Assembly (NCBI GenBank): GCA_010093605.1
Contig: MU004182.1
Coordinates: forward strand, 1,969,195 to 2,033,194
DNA: 64,000 nucleotides
From: Lophium mytilinum
Lineage: Eukaryota
Direction of reading: 5' to 3'
Both the position numbers and the translations under genes were made by a program. Under the pieces are notes generated by a model. The model searched no databases, was not told where the DNA came from, and was given only the letters and a program-made list of their open reading frames with translations. Each line of letters starts with the position of its first letter. Positions within the stretch are counted from its first letter, which is position 1. Positions 12,253 to 24,052 of the stretch are shown one piece after another.

Positions 12253-14345
12253 CAGTAAAACCTCGGTAGAGTGATACGGTTTTTTGGGCCGTTTTATATC
12301 ACTATACAGAGAGTATCACTATATTCAGGTTTATTAGTAATCTACTTAGTAAATAATAATTAGTTAATAATATCTTATATTCTCGCCTGTAAAGCTAAAA
12401 TAGATGTATCCTAAGCTACCTAAGGCCGCTAAGATTACTAGAAAAAGTTGGATATATATAATTACTTAGTATTTTAGATCTTTTATTCTCTTAGGCGTTA
12501 GTTATACTAATAGAGAGCCTAAATTAGAGCTAATTTACTATCCTTCTACTACTCCTTATATAGCCTAAGAGTAGCTAAAGCATTAATAGCTTTCTAGATC
12601 TTAATTATAGAATCCTTCTATATCTCCTTAGCATTTAATTTATTATCTTCCTGCCTAGAATATAGCCTAATAATAAAGGAAATAGCATTCTCTAATAGCT
12701 TAATAATTTCCTCTTTATCTAGATAAATAAAATTAGATATATCTATATATTACTAGATTCTTCCTACTATTTCTAAGGCATCTAGGCACTACTATATATT
12801 ATCTAATAGGGGGGGTTCTATATAGTCCTTAGGACGCTAAGAAGGGCCCTTATAGTTACTAAATATAGTTAATTTAATATAGTAATTTAAAATAGTTAAT
12901 AGCTTAATAAGGTTCTATGCGGTAATAGCCTATTAAATAGCCTATAATACGTGGATTTTCTTAAGAGGATTCTTTTTCTCTATAGTCTAATTAACTATAA
13001 AGTGCAGCTAGAAACGCTAATAATAGGCCTTAAAATTGTAAATAATACCCTAATCTATAGGCTAATAGATAGATGTATAATTAGGGGGTAAAAATACTAC
13101 CTTAGTATTCTTTAAGGTATTATTATTATTTACTATTTTTATAGCGCTCTTATAAGTGCTAAAGCTATCTAAAAGAAGTACTACCTTTCTCCTATTTATC
13201 CTCTTATTAAACTAGGATAGATACTCTAGTATTAGGCTTCTAGTTATCTACGCTTTCTTATTATTCTTCTAGCTAAAGTCTATTCCCCTTATATTTACCC
13301 TATTAGAACTAAAACACTATAGATTAATAGCTATTCTAATAATCTAAAGTAGAAGCTTATTAGTTCTATTACTGTTTAAATAATTAATAATAGTAATACA
13401 TACTTTCTATTTCTTTAAACTAGGCAGTTACTTAGTAGCTAAGATAATATTAGGTATAGCCTTCTAAAAGAGGCTATATTTATCTATATTATATATATTT
13501 AATAGCCGGTAATTCTCTACTTCTTAATATACTATTACTATCTCTTTCTTAGTATTCTTAATCTAAATAGATCCGGCCTCTCTATATTACTTTCTTTTCC
13601 GCACGCTGTTTCTTATCTTCTAGCTATCTAGCTAGCTATTAGAAAAGGCGGGCATTAGCTTACAATTTAATGCCGTAATAGACTACTATAGACTCTAAGC
13701 GGCTATCTATAGAAGGTCTTCTATAATAGAAACCTATAAAGCTTATAGAACCTAGTACTATTTAAAAAGGGCCTTATCTAGAAGGGGGTGCTCGGTAGCC
13801 CTTTTTCTCTCCCTTTTATCTTATTCTTTTTATAGCCTAATTCTATCTAGGTTCTTATATTTTTAGCTAAGGATTAATAATACTAAGGACTAGCTAATAT
13901 AGTATTAAAATTAATCCGTAGCCTATAGGGCAAGCTATTTTTATTATAATTTAGGGTGTTTAGTATAGTAATTATAGATTTACTTGCGCTTAAGGTCTAT
14001 AATACCGTAGCAATGCTATTAGTTAGGGTTCTAGGCGCGAGGCATTATAGGATTAATATTTAGGTGTAAAAATAATAGAAATTAATAGCTTTTTAATAGA
14101 TATATAATATTATTTAGATAGAGAATGCAAAAAGCTATATAGCCAGCGCGGAAAAACTGCCTCTAGATAACCTTAAAATAGCGGTGTAGCCCCCTAGTTA
14201 GTATAATTTTAGTAAGAGGGTACTAGTAATACCTTTATAAGTAGTAATATTACTATCCTTATATAAAAACGTACGGTTAGCTAAAATATATCACTCTATA
14301 GAGTATATCACTATACCCTGAAAACACTATACCGAGGTTTTACTG
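12253..14345 (-). mobile_element. RIP-inactivated Tc1/mariner (pogo/CENP-B-like, DDE_1) DNA transposon, ~2.1 kb
   Basis: TIRs CAGTAAAACCTCGGTA(G/T)AGTG, TA TSDs at 12251-12252 and 14346-14347, very AT/TpA-rich. Minus-strand translation keeps FSNS*LDS*KIRNSVR...EAGS, IYNIDKYSLF, VLLLDSFSTY and FLPPNYTSIY*PID*GIIYNFKAYY among many stops. Confidence 0.95.
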
Positions 14346-15802
14346 TACCACCACATCGTTAATCTCCAACCTTTCATCAAAAGATCTACACACCAGGCAC
14401 ACCACACAATCCCTATCGTCATCCCGTGCCCATACATAGAACGACTTTGTATCTCATCGTCATCCCCTCCAGCTCCTTACCTGCTGTGCCGCCTTCCTCT
14501 TACTCCCGCCGGACCCAAATCTTTTCTGCTGCAAACCCACATCTCGTGTCCCGAGGACCTCCGGACGGGGTTTACCAGCGCTAGACATGGAGGTATATTA
14601 ATATCGTGCGTTCAGCGAATTCTCCGTTTTGCATGCCGCCTTGCCGGCGCACGTGCCCAGGTACGTGCAGGTTGGGATCGGCGCTAAGGCGCGGATCGAG
14701 GCGGCGGGATCGGCGATTGCTTTTGCTAGGACGCTGGGCAGGAATTGATGACTCGTGGGAGTTGACTGTGTGTCTGGGGGCGGTGAGAGGGATGGAAAAT
14801 GGTGGTGATGGAGGGGGGAGGAGGTGGGTGGGTATTGGGTTTGTTTTCGTCTTCTGGGCTTTATTGATACTAGCTTGGGCTGTATTCATTTAATGATTCT
14901 TGCTTTATTGCAGCTCCTTCTTCCTTGAATCCTCTTTTGAACCACGATTCTCTTTCTAGGTTAGAGATCGATGGTTGTCTTTCCCTTTTTCGTTCGAGAA
15001 ATCTATGACTCCATCTCTCATCCATTCTTTCTTTTCGCGCGCAGTCCGTGCGCTGAATGACTTCCTCGCAAAAAGAACGAGATGAGCTCGTTAATGGCAG
15101 AGCCCTTGACATTCCACCGCTTTGATGTCATCGAAGCGTATCAGGCATGCGCGCACTTTCTGGACTCCTCAAGTTGCTAGAGCATCAACCCATTTTTCAC
15201 GGGCGAGCGCATGATGCCTGTGAAGACTGAAACGTAAGGTTCAAGAAGCCTGGATTAGCGGTGAGCGACGCGATAATTATGCGGAGAAGAGACGAGATCT
15301 TAAGACGCTTCTGCGCACACACATGCCGCACTACTCCGCGACCCTGCTTTAGTGATGCACGCCAGCTACATTATCAGCATAATCGGAAAGTCGATCAGTC
15401 AGAAACTTCTAGCGATGGTCCAAACATCACCGCAACGTAATCTGCTAAATAGCTAAATTTCATTGTTGGCATCTATCGAGGTACCCATGTTGGGGATGCG
15501 AAGTGAAGAGTGATCGCATTCTGAGGATTTCCTAAACATTCCCCATTTCGTAGCTTTGTTCATATTGTGTTGAGTTCATCGACAACAGAAAAGAGATCGC
15601 AAGGCCTTATTTTGGGGCCGCAAAGAAAAGTACCAGAAGAATGTGATTCATGGGAAGCAAAAATAAAATCAAAGGACTGAGAAATGTCAGGAAGCAAAGA
15701 AAGAGCCCATAAGATCCAGGAGAACTGAAGTAAGTCCCAAAAGACGGTTTCAGAGGAAGGCTGATAGTTGATCGGATCGAGCCGGAGCAAGACATGATGG
15801 CC

Positions 15803-16719
15803 TCATATATCCCTCCTCATCGCTGCCTGGAGAGCCGTCACGAATGTGTCCATGTTTTTTTCGTTTCCCACCGCTTCGCCTTCAACCCAATACTCGAAAT
15901 CTGAGGGCGCGGCAAGGTAAGTGTACCATATTGGTCAGGGGAGCAAATTGACGCCAAAGGAATGATGCCATCGACGGTCCGTCTCGAATCGGATAAATCC
16001 CGCAGACCGGCTCACACGATTTAACATAAAAGTCAGCATCTAAGTTCAGGAACATCTAGGAACAAGAGTGACTTACTAAAGCCCGTTAGAGGGAACATCT
16101 CTTTTCTCGCTGGGTAATGTTCGGTGTGTTCCACCACGAGATTCTTTCTCTCCGCGTCAAGATATATCAATGTCGGTCGAGGATTCCAAATATGACCCGG
16201 CTTTTGCTCATTATGTGTGAACATGCGAATTTTTATGTCCTTAGGCTCGCCGAGACGATTGTCTTCAGAAGCCTATCCGACGGCTTGGGGATTTCCATTC
16301 ATTCCCAGTTGTGCTCCCGTGGCGCCAATTCTCAAAGCTGGGCTTTTGCGCGGCTTGGTCTTCGCAACACTGCTCCCAGAAGGCCTAGCTCCAGCCGGCT
16401 TCGCGGTGTTGCGCGGCCTGGGTGCAACTGTAGTTACCGTTGATGATGCTGTATCGCTGTCGCTGTCGGAGATCTCTATGAGATCTTGGAACTTCGTGCG
16501 CGCTCTCCGCCCATTCGAGGAACCATCTTGGAGACGATACAGTCAAGGGCTTCTTGAGATTCACAAATAATGCATCCACGTACCTTCAGCTACCTTCCCG
16601 GTGAATTCGGTGCGAAGAATCTCATCTCCGCTAATGTCCCTCCATACGAGCTCCACCGTTTCTTAGCTCTTCGATTGATCGACGTTGAAGTCCATCCCCG
16701 GCATGGAGATGGGAGGCAT
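15803..16719 (-). pseudogene. Pseudogenised paralog of the 58-1991 gene
   Basis: ATG 16719 (MPPISMPGMDFNVDQ...), two intron-like segments (GTACGT, GTAAGT donors). In-frame stops at 16665-16663 (TAA), 16275-16273 (TAG) and 15937-15935 (TGA); second acceptor appears mutated to AA. Confidence 0.7.
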
Positions 16720-17012
16720 GGTTGAGAGAAGGCTGGTACATGTGACAGTCCATTGAGAGAGATGATTTTAAGGGAGAACTAAAGTGGCTGCCGGATTTGA
16801 CGATGGAAGCGGCTTGGTAGGTTTCCAAGACCGAGGAGGGTGAAGAAGGAAAGGTTTAGTACATTATAGATATATGAAGTGAGGTGCTCGTCCCATAGCG
16901 CTAACCTAAAAAGTAAGTCACGTGCGGGTCTCAGAGTGAGGTATCAGGCGTCTCTTTAGCGGTGAGCGGGCGCAATGGTTGGGTAAATGATCGTATTTGA
17001 TCGTATTGGCAT

Positions 17013-17863
17013 GGGGAGGGGTTCTAGTACACCCCCTTTTGGCTTGTAGCACACCCCTTTCTTCATCCATCCACGCCCCCCTTACGTCTGATCTTCTGAT
17101 TGGCCCGGAGGGCTCGGATCACTGCTCCGGCGCTTCATGGTGAGGCTGCACAGCCTTCCCATTTCATCGTGCATTCTTACCGTTTTCAACAGCCTATACT
17201 TAGCTGCGCATGAGGCCGTAGATGAGGCCGTAGATGAGGCCGTGCGTGAGGCCGTACGTGAGGCTACTTATGGCAAGGCTGTGCAGCATACCCGTTTTAC
17301 TATGCATACTTCCCGTTTCCTACAGTGTATATAGGCCGTTGTATTGCTACCTACGTGCCTACGCGCCTATGAGTATGCCAAAACAGTCAAATTAGCACCT
17401 TATTACGGCCTCTCCGCATCAAACCTGGCCCCCCTACATCGCCGCCGCACCCCCTGGCTATCCTGATCAATAAACCCCTCCAATTCCTCCTTGAATAATG
17501 CAAGCTAATGTAGAGCTCTGCATAGCTAAGCCGCGCTGGCGCTGCCTAAGGCTAAGGACGTGCGCCTTTGCGTGCTGCATGAGCGCCTCCTCAGCTTCCT
17601 CTAGAGAGTTGTAGGCCTGCTGCGGTGGCGGCTGGAGGTCCATGGTGAGCGTATTGTGGAGGTGTAGGATGAGGATGTGATGGTTTGTAGCCACGCCGCA
17701 CTTGGAGAGAGCATTTGGAATTAGTGAGAAACCTAAGCGAGCGAATCGGAGGCCTCGGAGGACCTCTCCGGGCCAATCAGAAGATCAGACGTAAGGGGGG
17801 TGTGGATGGATGAAGAAAGGGGTGTGCTACGAGCCAAAAGGGGGTGTACTAGAACCCCTCCCC
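17013..17863 (-). mobile_element. Non-autonomous Mutator-like (MULE) element, internally deleted
   Basis: ~100-bp TIRs (GGGGAGGGGTTCTAGTACACCCCCTTTTGGCT...) and 8-bp TSD ATTGGCAT at 17005-17012 and 17864-17871. Internal fragment MDLQPPPQQAYNSLEEAEEALMQHAKAH resembles fungal MULE transposase N-termini. Confidence 0.88.
17211..17264. repeat. 12-bp minisatellite inside the MULE
   Basis: TGAGGCCGTAGA x2, TGAGGCCGTGCG, TGAGGCCGTACG, TGAGGC. Confidence 0.8.
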
Positions 17864-19879
17864 ATTGGCATACTTCCGACATTAATATTTGATGGGCCTC
17901 GGGTCACACCTAACAGTACCTTCTAGATCGAAGGTAAATATGTCAAATGTACCATTACTTTGATAGTTTTTCTGGGCCCCAGCCTATCTCCCAGACGCGG
18001 AGATTTTATACATACCCGCTTTCGCAGGTCTACCATCAGTTTCATCAACCCAATGAGACGGCACACTCAACTAGTACACCATTGACGACTTGTACATGCT
18101 CGCCTATTGCCCTCTCGATAGCAGGGTTTCAACTTCGGTATCCCAATGCATCCCAGAGTAAGGACCTCTGCCCTATTGGCAACAGACTTGTTTGCCACGA
18201 TGCACATCCGCACCCAAAGTCTACTTCTTGGACTCTAAATCAAGTAAAATGTATAGGGCTCCAGATCGTAGCTCTTGACATCGCCGCTGAATTCATCAAA
18301 TTCATCCGAAATGGCCGTGGGTTCGAGCAGTCAGGTGAGCCGATGTACATGTACACACGCAAAGTAGCAGCGGCACGGCTCAAACAACTCCTTCTCTTCC
18401 TCTATATCAACAAATGTCAAGACACAATGGAACACCCACTCACGGTCAATCTGTACGTCCGCTACACCGCCATAGCAATTGATAGATGATCAGATTCCTC
18501 GAACATCGTTAGACGTCTAACACACACCAACCCGCCCCTACGTCGCAGAATCAGACCCCTCAGATACCGCTTGCATGCCGAGTCAGTCGAACACCCGGGC
18601 CTCTCAGCTTTTTCGTCTTCTGCAATCTGACAAAGTGCTCATTGGCCTACCAGAGTCGGGACCCTTTCATATCATGTGACCTCTATCCAGCCAACCAGCC
18701 GTACCAGCCGCACACTTAGTACGCCCTTAGTAATCTGCCCTAGCCACCAAGGCGTGCTCCAGAACGGCCGGGAAGTCTTACGAGATGCTAAACGCACCCC
18801 AACATGACCGACGACACACAGCTAGGTCTAGGAGTTCGCGAAGAGCGTTCGCGGTACACACGCGGTAAAAAGGTGCTTGATCACTGTAGTAGGCCACGAG
18901 AAGAACGTTGTACCAGTCTACAACTGGTATGATGGGGCAGCAGTCATATTTTTATCAAAGTTTCCTTCGGTGGCCGTGCGGGGGCGGCAAAGCCGTGGAC
19001 GAAATAATTACGATAACAGGAGATGCCACTGGTTTGAGACATGAGCCGAACATAGAAGCAGTGCGGTCGGGGCTGCGAATCCGGGAGCAATGGTTCTGGG
19101 GAGTGTTGGACTAGGTGCTTCGGTAAGAGTGAATGATAGGCCGGTTACTCTTGGAAGAGTGACTGCCGTAGCAGCATTACCATTGACTATATACGCTGAT
19201 CTACTCTACTTAGGCTGATAGAACATACACAAGTTTGATGTCTGGGCTTGCGTAATGTTTGACACGGCGATGCCTCGCGGAGTCGAAAGCCCGGGTAGTT
19301 CCTTGCTGAGACAGATCCAAGTTGGAAAATGTACTGATGATCTTATTCTTGGTGGTTTTGCTTTCCGCTGGCACACATCGTCCGGTGATGAGGGATCCAG
19401 CAATCAAGGCATCCGAGCGTAATATACATAATCAACAGAGAAGCAGCGAGAGTTGCAAATAAATCGGTCAAAAAACGCAAGCTTATGAAGGATAACACGG
19501 AAGAGATAGTATTACATAAGAGGGGAGCGAGTTTAGGAAGGACCAGGGGCACGGTGGCTTCCTTCCGCGTACAACCCACGATAATTCTCGAAGAGATGAT
19601 GCTAGAAACATCTCACTTGCCTAAAGAAGTACAATAGATTCACGTATGTGAATATGTCTCCATTTCTAAAACGGGCATAAGCTCCAACGGGTGCTTAAGG
19701 GTGCTTCAGGCGGTCTTCGTGTCTATCCCTCCGATAAAATTAACCCTCGGCTGGGATATGAGGTCTCGTCCCGCGCAATACACCTTGAAAGGAGCCTACG
19801 TCTTGGATAGGATGCCATTGAGACGATAAAAACAAGGAAGAGATAAAGCAATTAGTTTTTACAGAAACTCTATTCTCGA

Positions 19880-20520
19880 CCTCTACGCCACCCTAACCGA
19901 GTCGGACCTATGGACCAGTTGAGAGGAAAAAGGGAACATTTTGAACCCGCATAACCGCACTTGTCGTTCCATTGCGCTGCTTAAAAGACCGCGCAATGCT
20001 CGTTTCCCTGAGGGGGATTCTTCGATGGGCGTCCATCTTGGTCTGTAAATGTTTTCTCACGCTCCGACTTCTTGCACTTCTTCTCCTTCTCGCAGTGTCT
20101 CCAGAAACCCTCTCTCTCAACATGCCCCACTGCTTGGATGAACCGAGTGCTCTCTTCCGGGTCCGTCCTCTCGTAATCGTGCTCCCTTGGGACTACAGTC
20201 GTGTGTTTATAATTGATGTCAGTGTGTCCGGCCCGACAATGGATGTGCTGGTGCTCGCTTTTCTTCTTAACGCTACTGCCTGATGCTTGTAACGACAAGT
20301 AAAGATAGAATACGGAGGACGGCGAGGCACAACTCAAGCTATCTTAGGTGTCAGTAAAGCCTTGTTGCAGCTATGTTGTAAAGAGTTCCGTGGATTAGAT
20401 TTTGTCACTATCTAAAGTTTGCAATTAAGTGAAAAGAGAAGGCGGAGGACCGTGAGGCGTGAGGAGAACTATCTTAGGTGTTGCCAAAGCCCAGTTTCGA
20501 AAGATCCCGTGGTTAGAAGG
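19880..20520 (-). pseudogene. Deleted paralog remnant of the 21269-24052 gene
   Basis: HCRAGHTDIN...DPEESTRFIQAVGHVEREGFWRHCEKEKKC...KTFTDQDGR matches PCRTGEIDIT...DPEDSDEFIQAVGYYERKNFWKHCREVMNC...RKFIDSEGK. Flanks also resemble that gene's 3' and upstream sequence. Confidence 0.75.
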
Positions 20521-21268
20521 TAAGGCATTGTTGGCTGACCTTGAAAGAAAACGATGAGAAAGGTCTAGATCTCAGGACGGAATATCAGCTTGGTGATTAC
20601 AGCACTAATGATTTCATTGTGCGAAAGAAAGAATTGAAAGGGACGTCATCTGAGAAGAAGTACGGAGGGAAAATCTTGGTGAAAATAGCTTCCGCAAAGG
20701 GTATGTCCTCTGCTCCTTGAGTCTCCACTTCCTTAGGAGCATTAACAGGCGTTCCCAGCTGTCGTTTCTCTCACTCCGATATGGACGGGGCCGAAGCATA
20801 CTCTAAAGGCCACCTCAAACGCTATTTCCTTTAATTGATGTGCATCTGAGCCTGCGAAGGTGGGCCATGATGCCAGTAGCTTTGGAGTTATTCTTCGAGT
20901 TGTAACATTGCGTGAGAGGTACCGAGTTACAGTTAAGTTAATTTATAACAAGACATCGTTATAAGCAAACGCACCCCTTACGTGAAAATCTAGCTATCCT
21001 ACTCTGCATCCCCTCAGCCATCATACAAGGTGCCACCCGATTAGTACGAAGGTTGAAGAGCATGTGTCCCGAAGAGGATACTATTCGCAAGGGAAGATAA
21101 ACAGAAAAGCAAAACTGAGCACGAATCCTCTCTGCTTAAGTTGCAGGCCACCCCATCCGAGCCGGAGCCACATACCGGTCGAAATATGAGAAAGGCCAGG
21201 AACGCTGTAGACCTAGACGACCTCGCTGTTTGTTCCGTTCGTGCGCTGATGGAACATGGGACCAGAAA

Positions 21269-24052
21269 CTAGGTGACTGTTTCGCAGCCCCAGTACGGGC
21301 GATCACCGGTCCATGTTTTTCCTTCGGAATCTATAAACTTCCTCTTGCCAGTGTCCTTGTCTTGGTTGCAATTCATAACCTCTCGGCAATGTTTCCAGAA
21401 ATTCTTCCTCTCGTAATAACCCACCGCTTGGATGAACTCGTCACTATCTTCCGGATCTAGAGCGAGGTTGTTGGGTGGCTTGTGGTCATTGGTAATGTCA
21501 ATTTCGCCAGTCCTGCAAGGGTAGTTCTGAAACTTGCTTTGACGGGTATTCCAGACAAGGACATCGCCTCCTGGTGACCTTGCGATGGGTATGTTGAACA
21601 TGAAGCCTGCTGTGATTCCAACACCAGACTGGCCAGAAATAGCGGCGAATGCTTGGTCGGCCCAACCGTCGGTCTTATTCACCGTGCTCTCGAGGGGGAC
21701 TTCTCGAAATCCCACCTCGCGGTAGTGGAAGTAGGACTCGCGCGCGATTGCCTAAATCACTCACTGTTAGCCCTAATACAACCAGATTTGAGCGCATAGC
21801 CTCACCTCTGGCGTAATGTCAGTCCTGTTGCTATGTTCGTCGTGGCCGCCGTCTTCATCCTCGAAACCCTTGTGGGCAAGCAGTTCCCACCCCGGCGGGG
21901 GTTCAACGGTACGCTCTTTAGTGTCTTGCCAGCGAATCCTTTTAATGCGAATTAGCAAGGAATGTAGCACTGAGGAAGGCAGGAATTACCAGTAGAACCG
22001 AAAATGAAGGTTCGGGTACTCTGGCAGGCACACTTTCGTGCTGAGCGTGCCCTCGTCGTCAGGGCCCGTGCTACCTCTTTGATCATCTTCACAGTTTGGA
22101 ATGGCGTCAGAAACAACAATGTAAACTCCCTCCCTCCGCCAGGCCCAGTTGATGGCCAGACCACGAAAGAATCGCTCCACGTGGTCCTGAATTTTGCTTG
22201 CTTGATCGGGTGGAGAACTAAAATAGAGGCTAAAGGACCCTTGTCAATAGTTGCCAACGCAATAAATATTGGATCGGTAAACGTACCCCGTCTTTATCTC
22301 ATCCGCAAGACCTTTCCCAGTCATCAACATTTCTTCTCCAGCGTCTGTTATCATTCTGTTGAGTACTTTTCCTATGTTGGAGATATACTTTTCCAGTTCT
22401 CCTTCTGTATCGTGAAGCAAGTTGCTGTAAGATTTTAGCCAAGATTACAGGGCTGAAAGGCTTGGGAACACATACCTAATCCCTTCCATCAAGATAGATT
22501 GGATGCCTGTACCTGCCGCAGCTACTGAACCCATCCCAGAGAAAAAGGCTCTGGCAGCTTGGGCTGAATCCCTCACAACCTCTGACGTTACCTTCACACC
22601 GACCTTTGACAAAGCGTTGCTAAGGGGCCCAGATAGTCCCAAACCTCCAGACTCTGCGAACGGTACAAGTGCAGCCGCACCCCAGCCAGTGATCGCCCCT
22701 GCAATAGCAACACCCGAGAAGATGATTTGCATCGCTATTTTCTTTTGCCGATTGCTCAAGAATTTTGCTTCCACTTGCTCTTCAGTCGACGTAAATCGAG
22801 CAACGAAATCCTTGCTCTGGGCATCCCAATAATTCCAGGCTTTATCGACGTGATCGACCGTGAATTCTATTCGTGCCGTGTAGTAAGCAAACCATGTGAA
22901 GAAGTAAAACGCCTTTCGGAGATCGTCGTCGTCCATGTCGAAACCCTTGATGTCGTCACACATAGGAGCCTGCTATGAGTCAGATCGCGTGCGAATCCAG
23001 GTATGGAGAGAACAAACCTTGCATTGTTTGGTCAAGTCGCATGACCACTCCTCCGTTGAGGCATCAGGCATATATTTTTCTCTGAGCCAATAAATAAACC
23101 TGGCCTCAAGGTCTGGGTCTGCAGCTCGAATCGCTGCGAATTCCTCTATTTTCTCCTCCAACCAGTGATACCCTCCGGACTCATTCCACGCCTCTTTACT
23201 GAACTGTCCCCACCCACAGCCAGGCCCACGCCCAAGGCGTGGCATAGACTTGATAGATGCCTCAACAATCGAGTTTGCGAGGAAGTCCCAGAAGCCACGC
23301 TGATACGCATCAGACTTTTTTGCAACACCTTTGTTCCTGGCATAGTTTCTTGGATCTGGAAATGCACTGAAATTTCCGTGGAAGGTAGAATTGGCTTCGA
23401 AAACACCTTCTCGATAGGCCAAACTTTGGTCCTCGTTGCGATGGATCTTGCGGTTGGTAAGGTCAGCGGCTGCCATATCGAAGCCGACTAAGTATTCGTC
23501 CGTCCAGTTCCGGCCTGTCGTAGGATTGGCTTCGTTCATGACGAAAAGCCACCACATCTTGTCGTAATGTCCTCGGGCGCAATCAGGCCCAAGGTCGTTA
23601 CATCTGTATTTGTATTCGCTGTCTTCTACCTTTCCTGTGCCACTCGAGGTAGGCTCTGGACCTGATGTAGAAGTGACGGAAGTGATAGTAGAAGTAAGCC
23701 CTGTGGACTCGGCAATCGACGTAGCCATGGAGAAAGACAAGGCCGTCCTGGCGAGAGACGAGGCGGCTCTGGAGAGAGACGAGGCGACCCTGGAAGAAGA
23801 CGAAGATGTCTCGGAGGAAGACGATGTGGCCTTGGACGAAGACGTGGATGACGAAGAAGGGCCTCGTGGCTGTTAGTTTCCCATGTACAAGAAGGACAAG
23901 GAAGACATCTTACCTTGTACTGGCTGAGAATACTCCGACTTTAGTTGGCGCGGCAAGATGTTGGACGTAACAACTTGCGCAAAGAGGAAACACATCAGAA
24001 CAGTCATGAAGGAGTAGCCCCGTGGCTTCTGACGACCCCGGTAGCCCGGCAT
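21269..24052 (-). CDS. Large putative secreted protein (signal-like N-terminus, S/T-rich stretch, Cys-containing domain, central Gly/Ala-rich hydrophobic helices), ~7 exons
   Basis: ATG 24052 (...FMTVLMCFLFAQVVTS). ORFs 22973-23740, 22445-22963, 21986-22180, 21773-21970 and 21269-21715 are linked by GT-AG introns; first intron acceptor uncertain. Confidence 0.75.

Noticed and set aside
14450..14893. ORF with hydrophobic C-terminus beside the transposon
   Set aside because: GTG start and no supportable gene model.
17947..18489. 180-aa plus-strand ORF
   Set aside because: No recognisable motifs; cannot be distinguished from a chance ORF.
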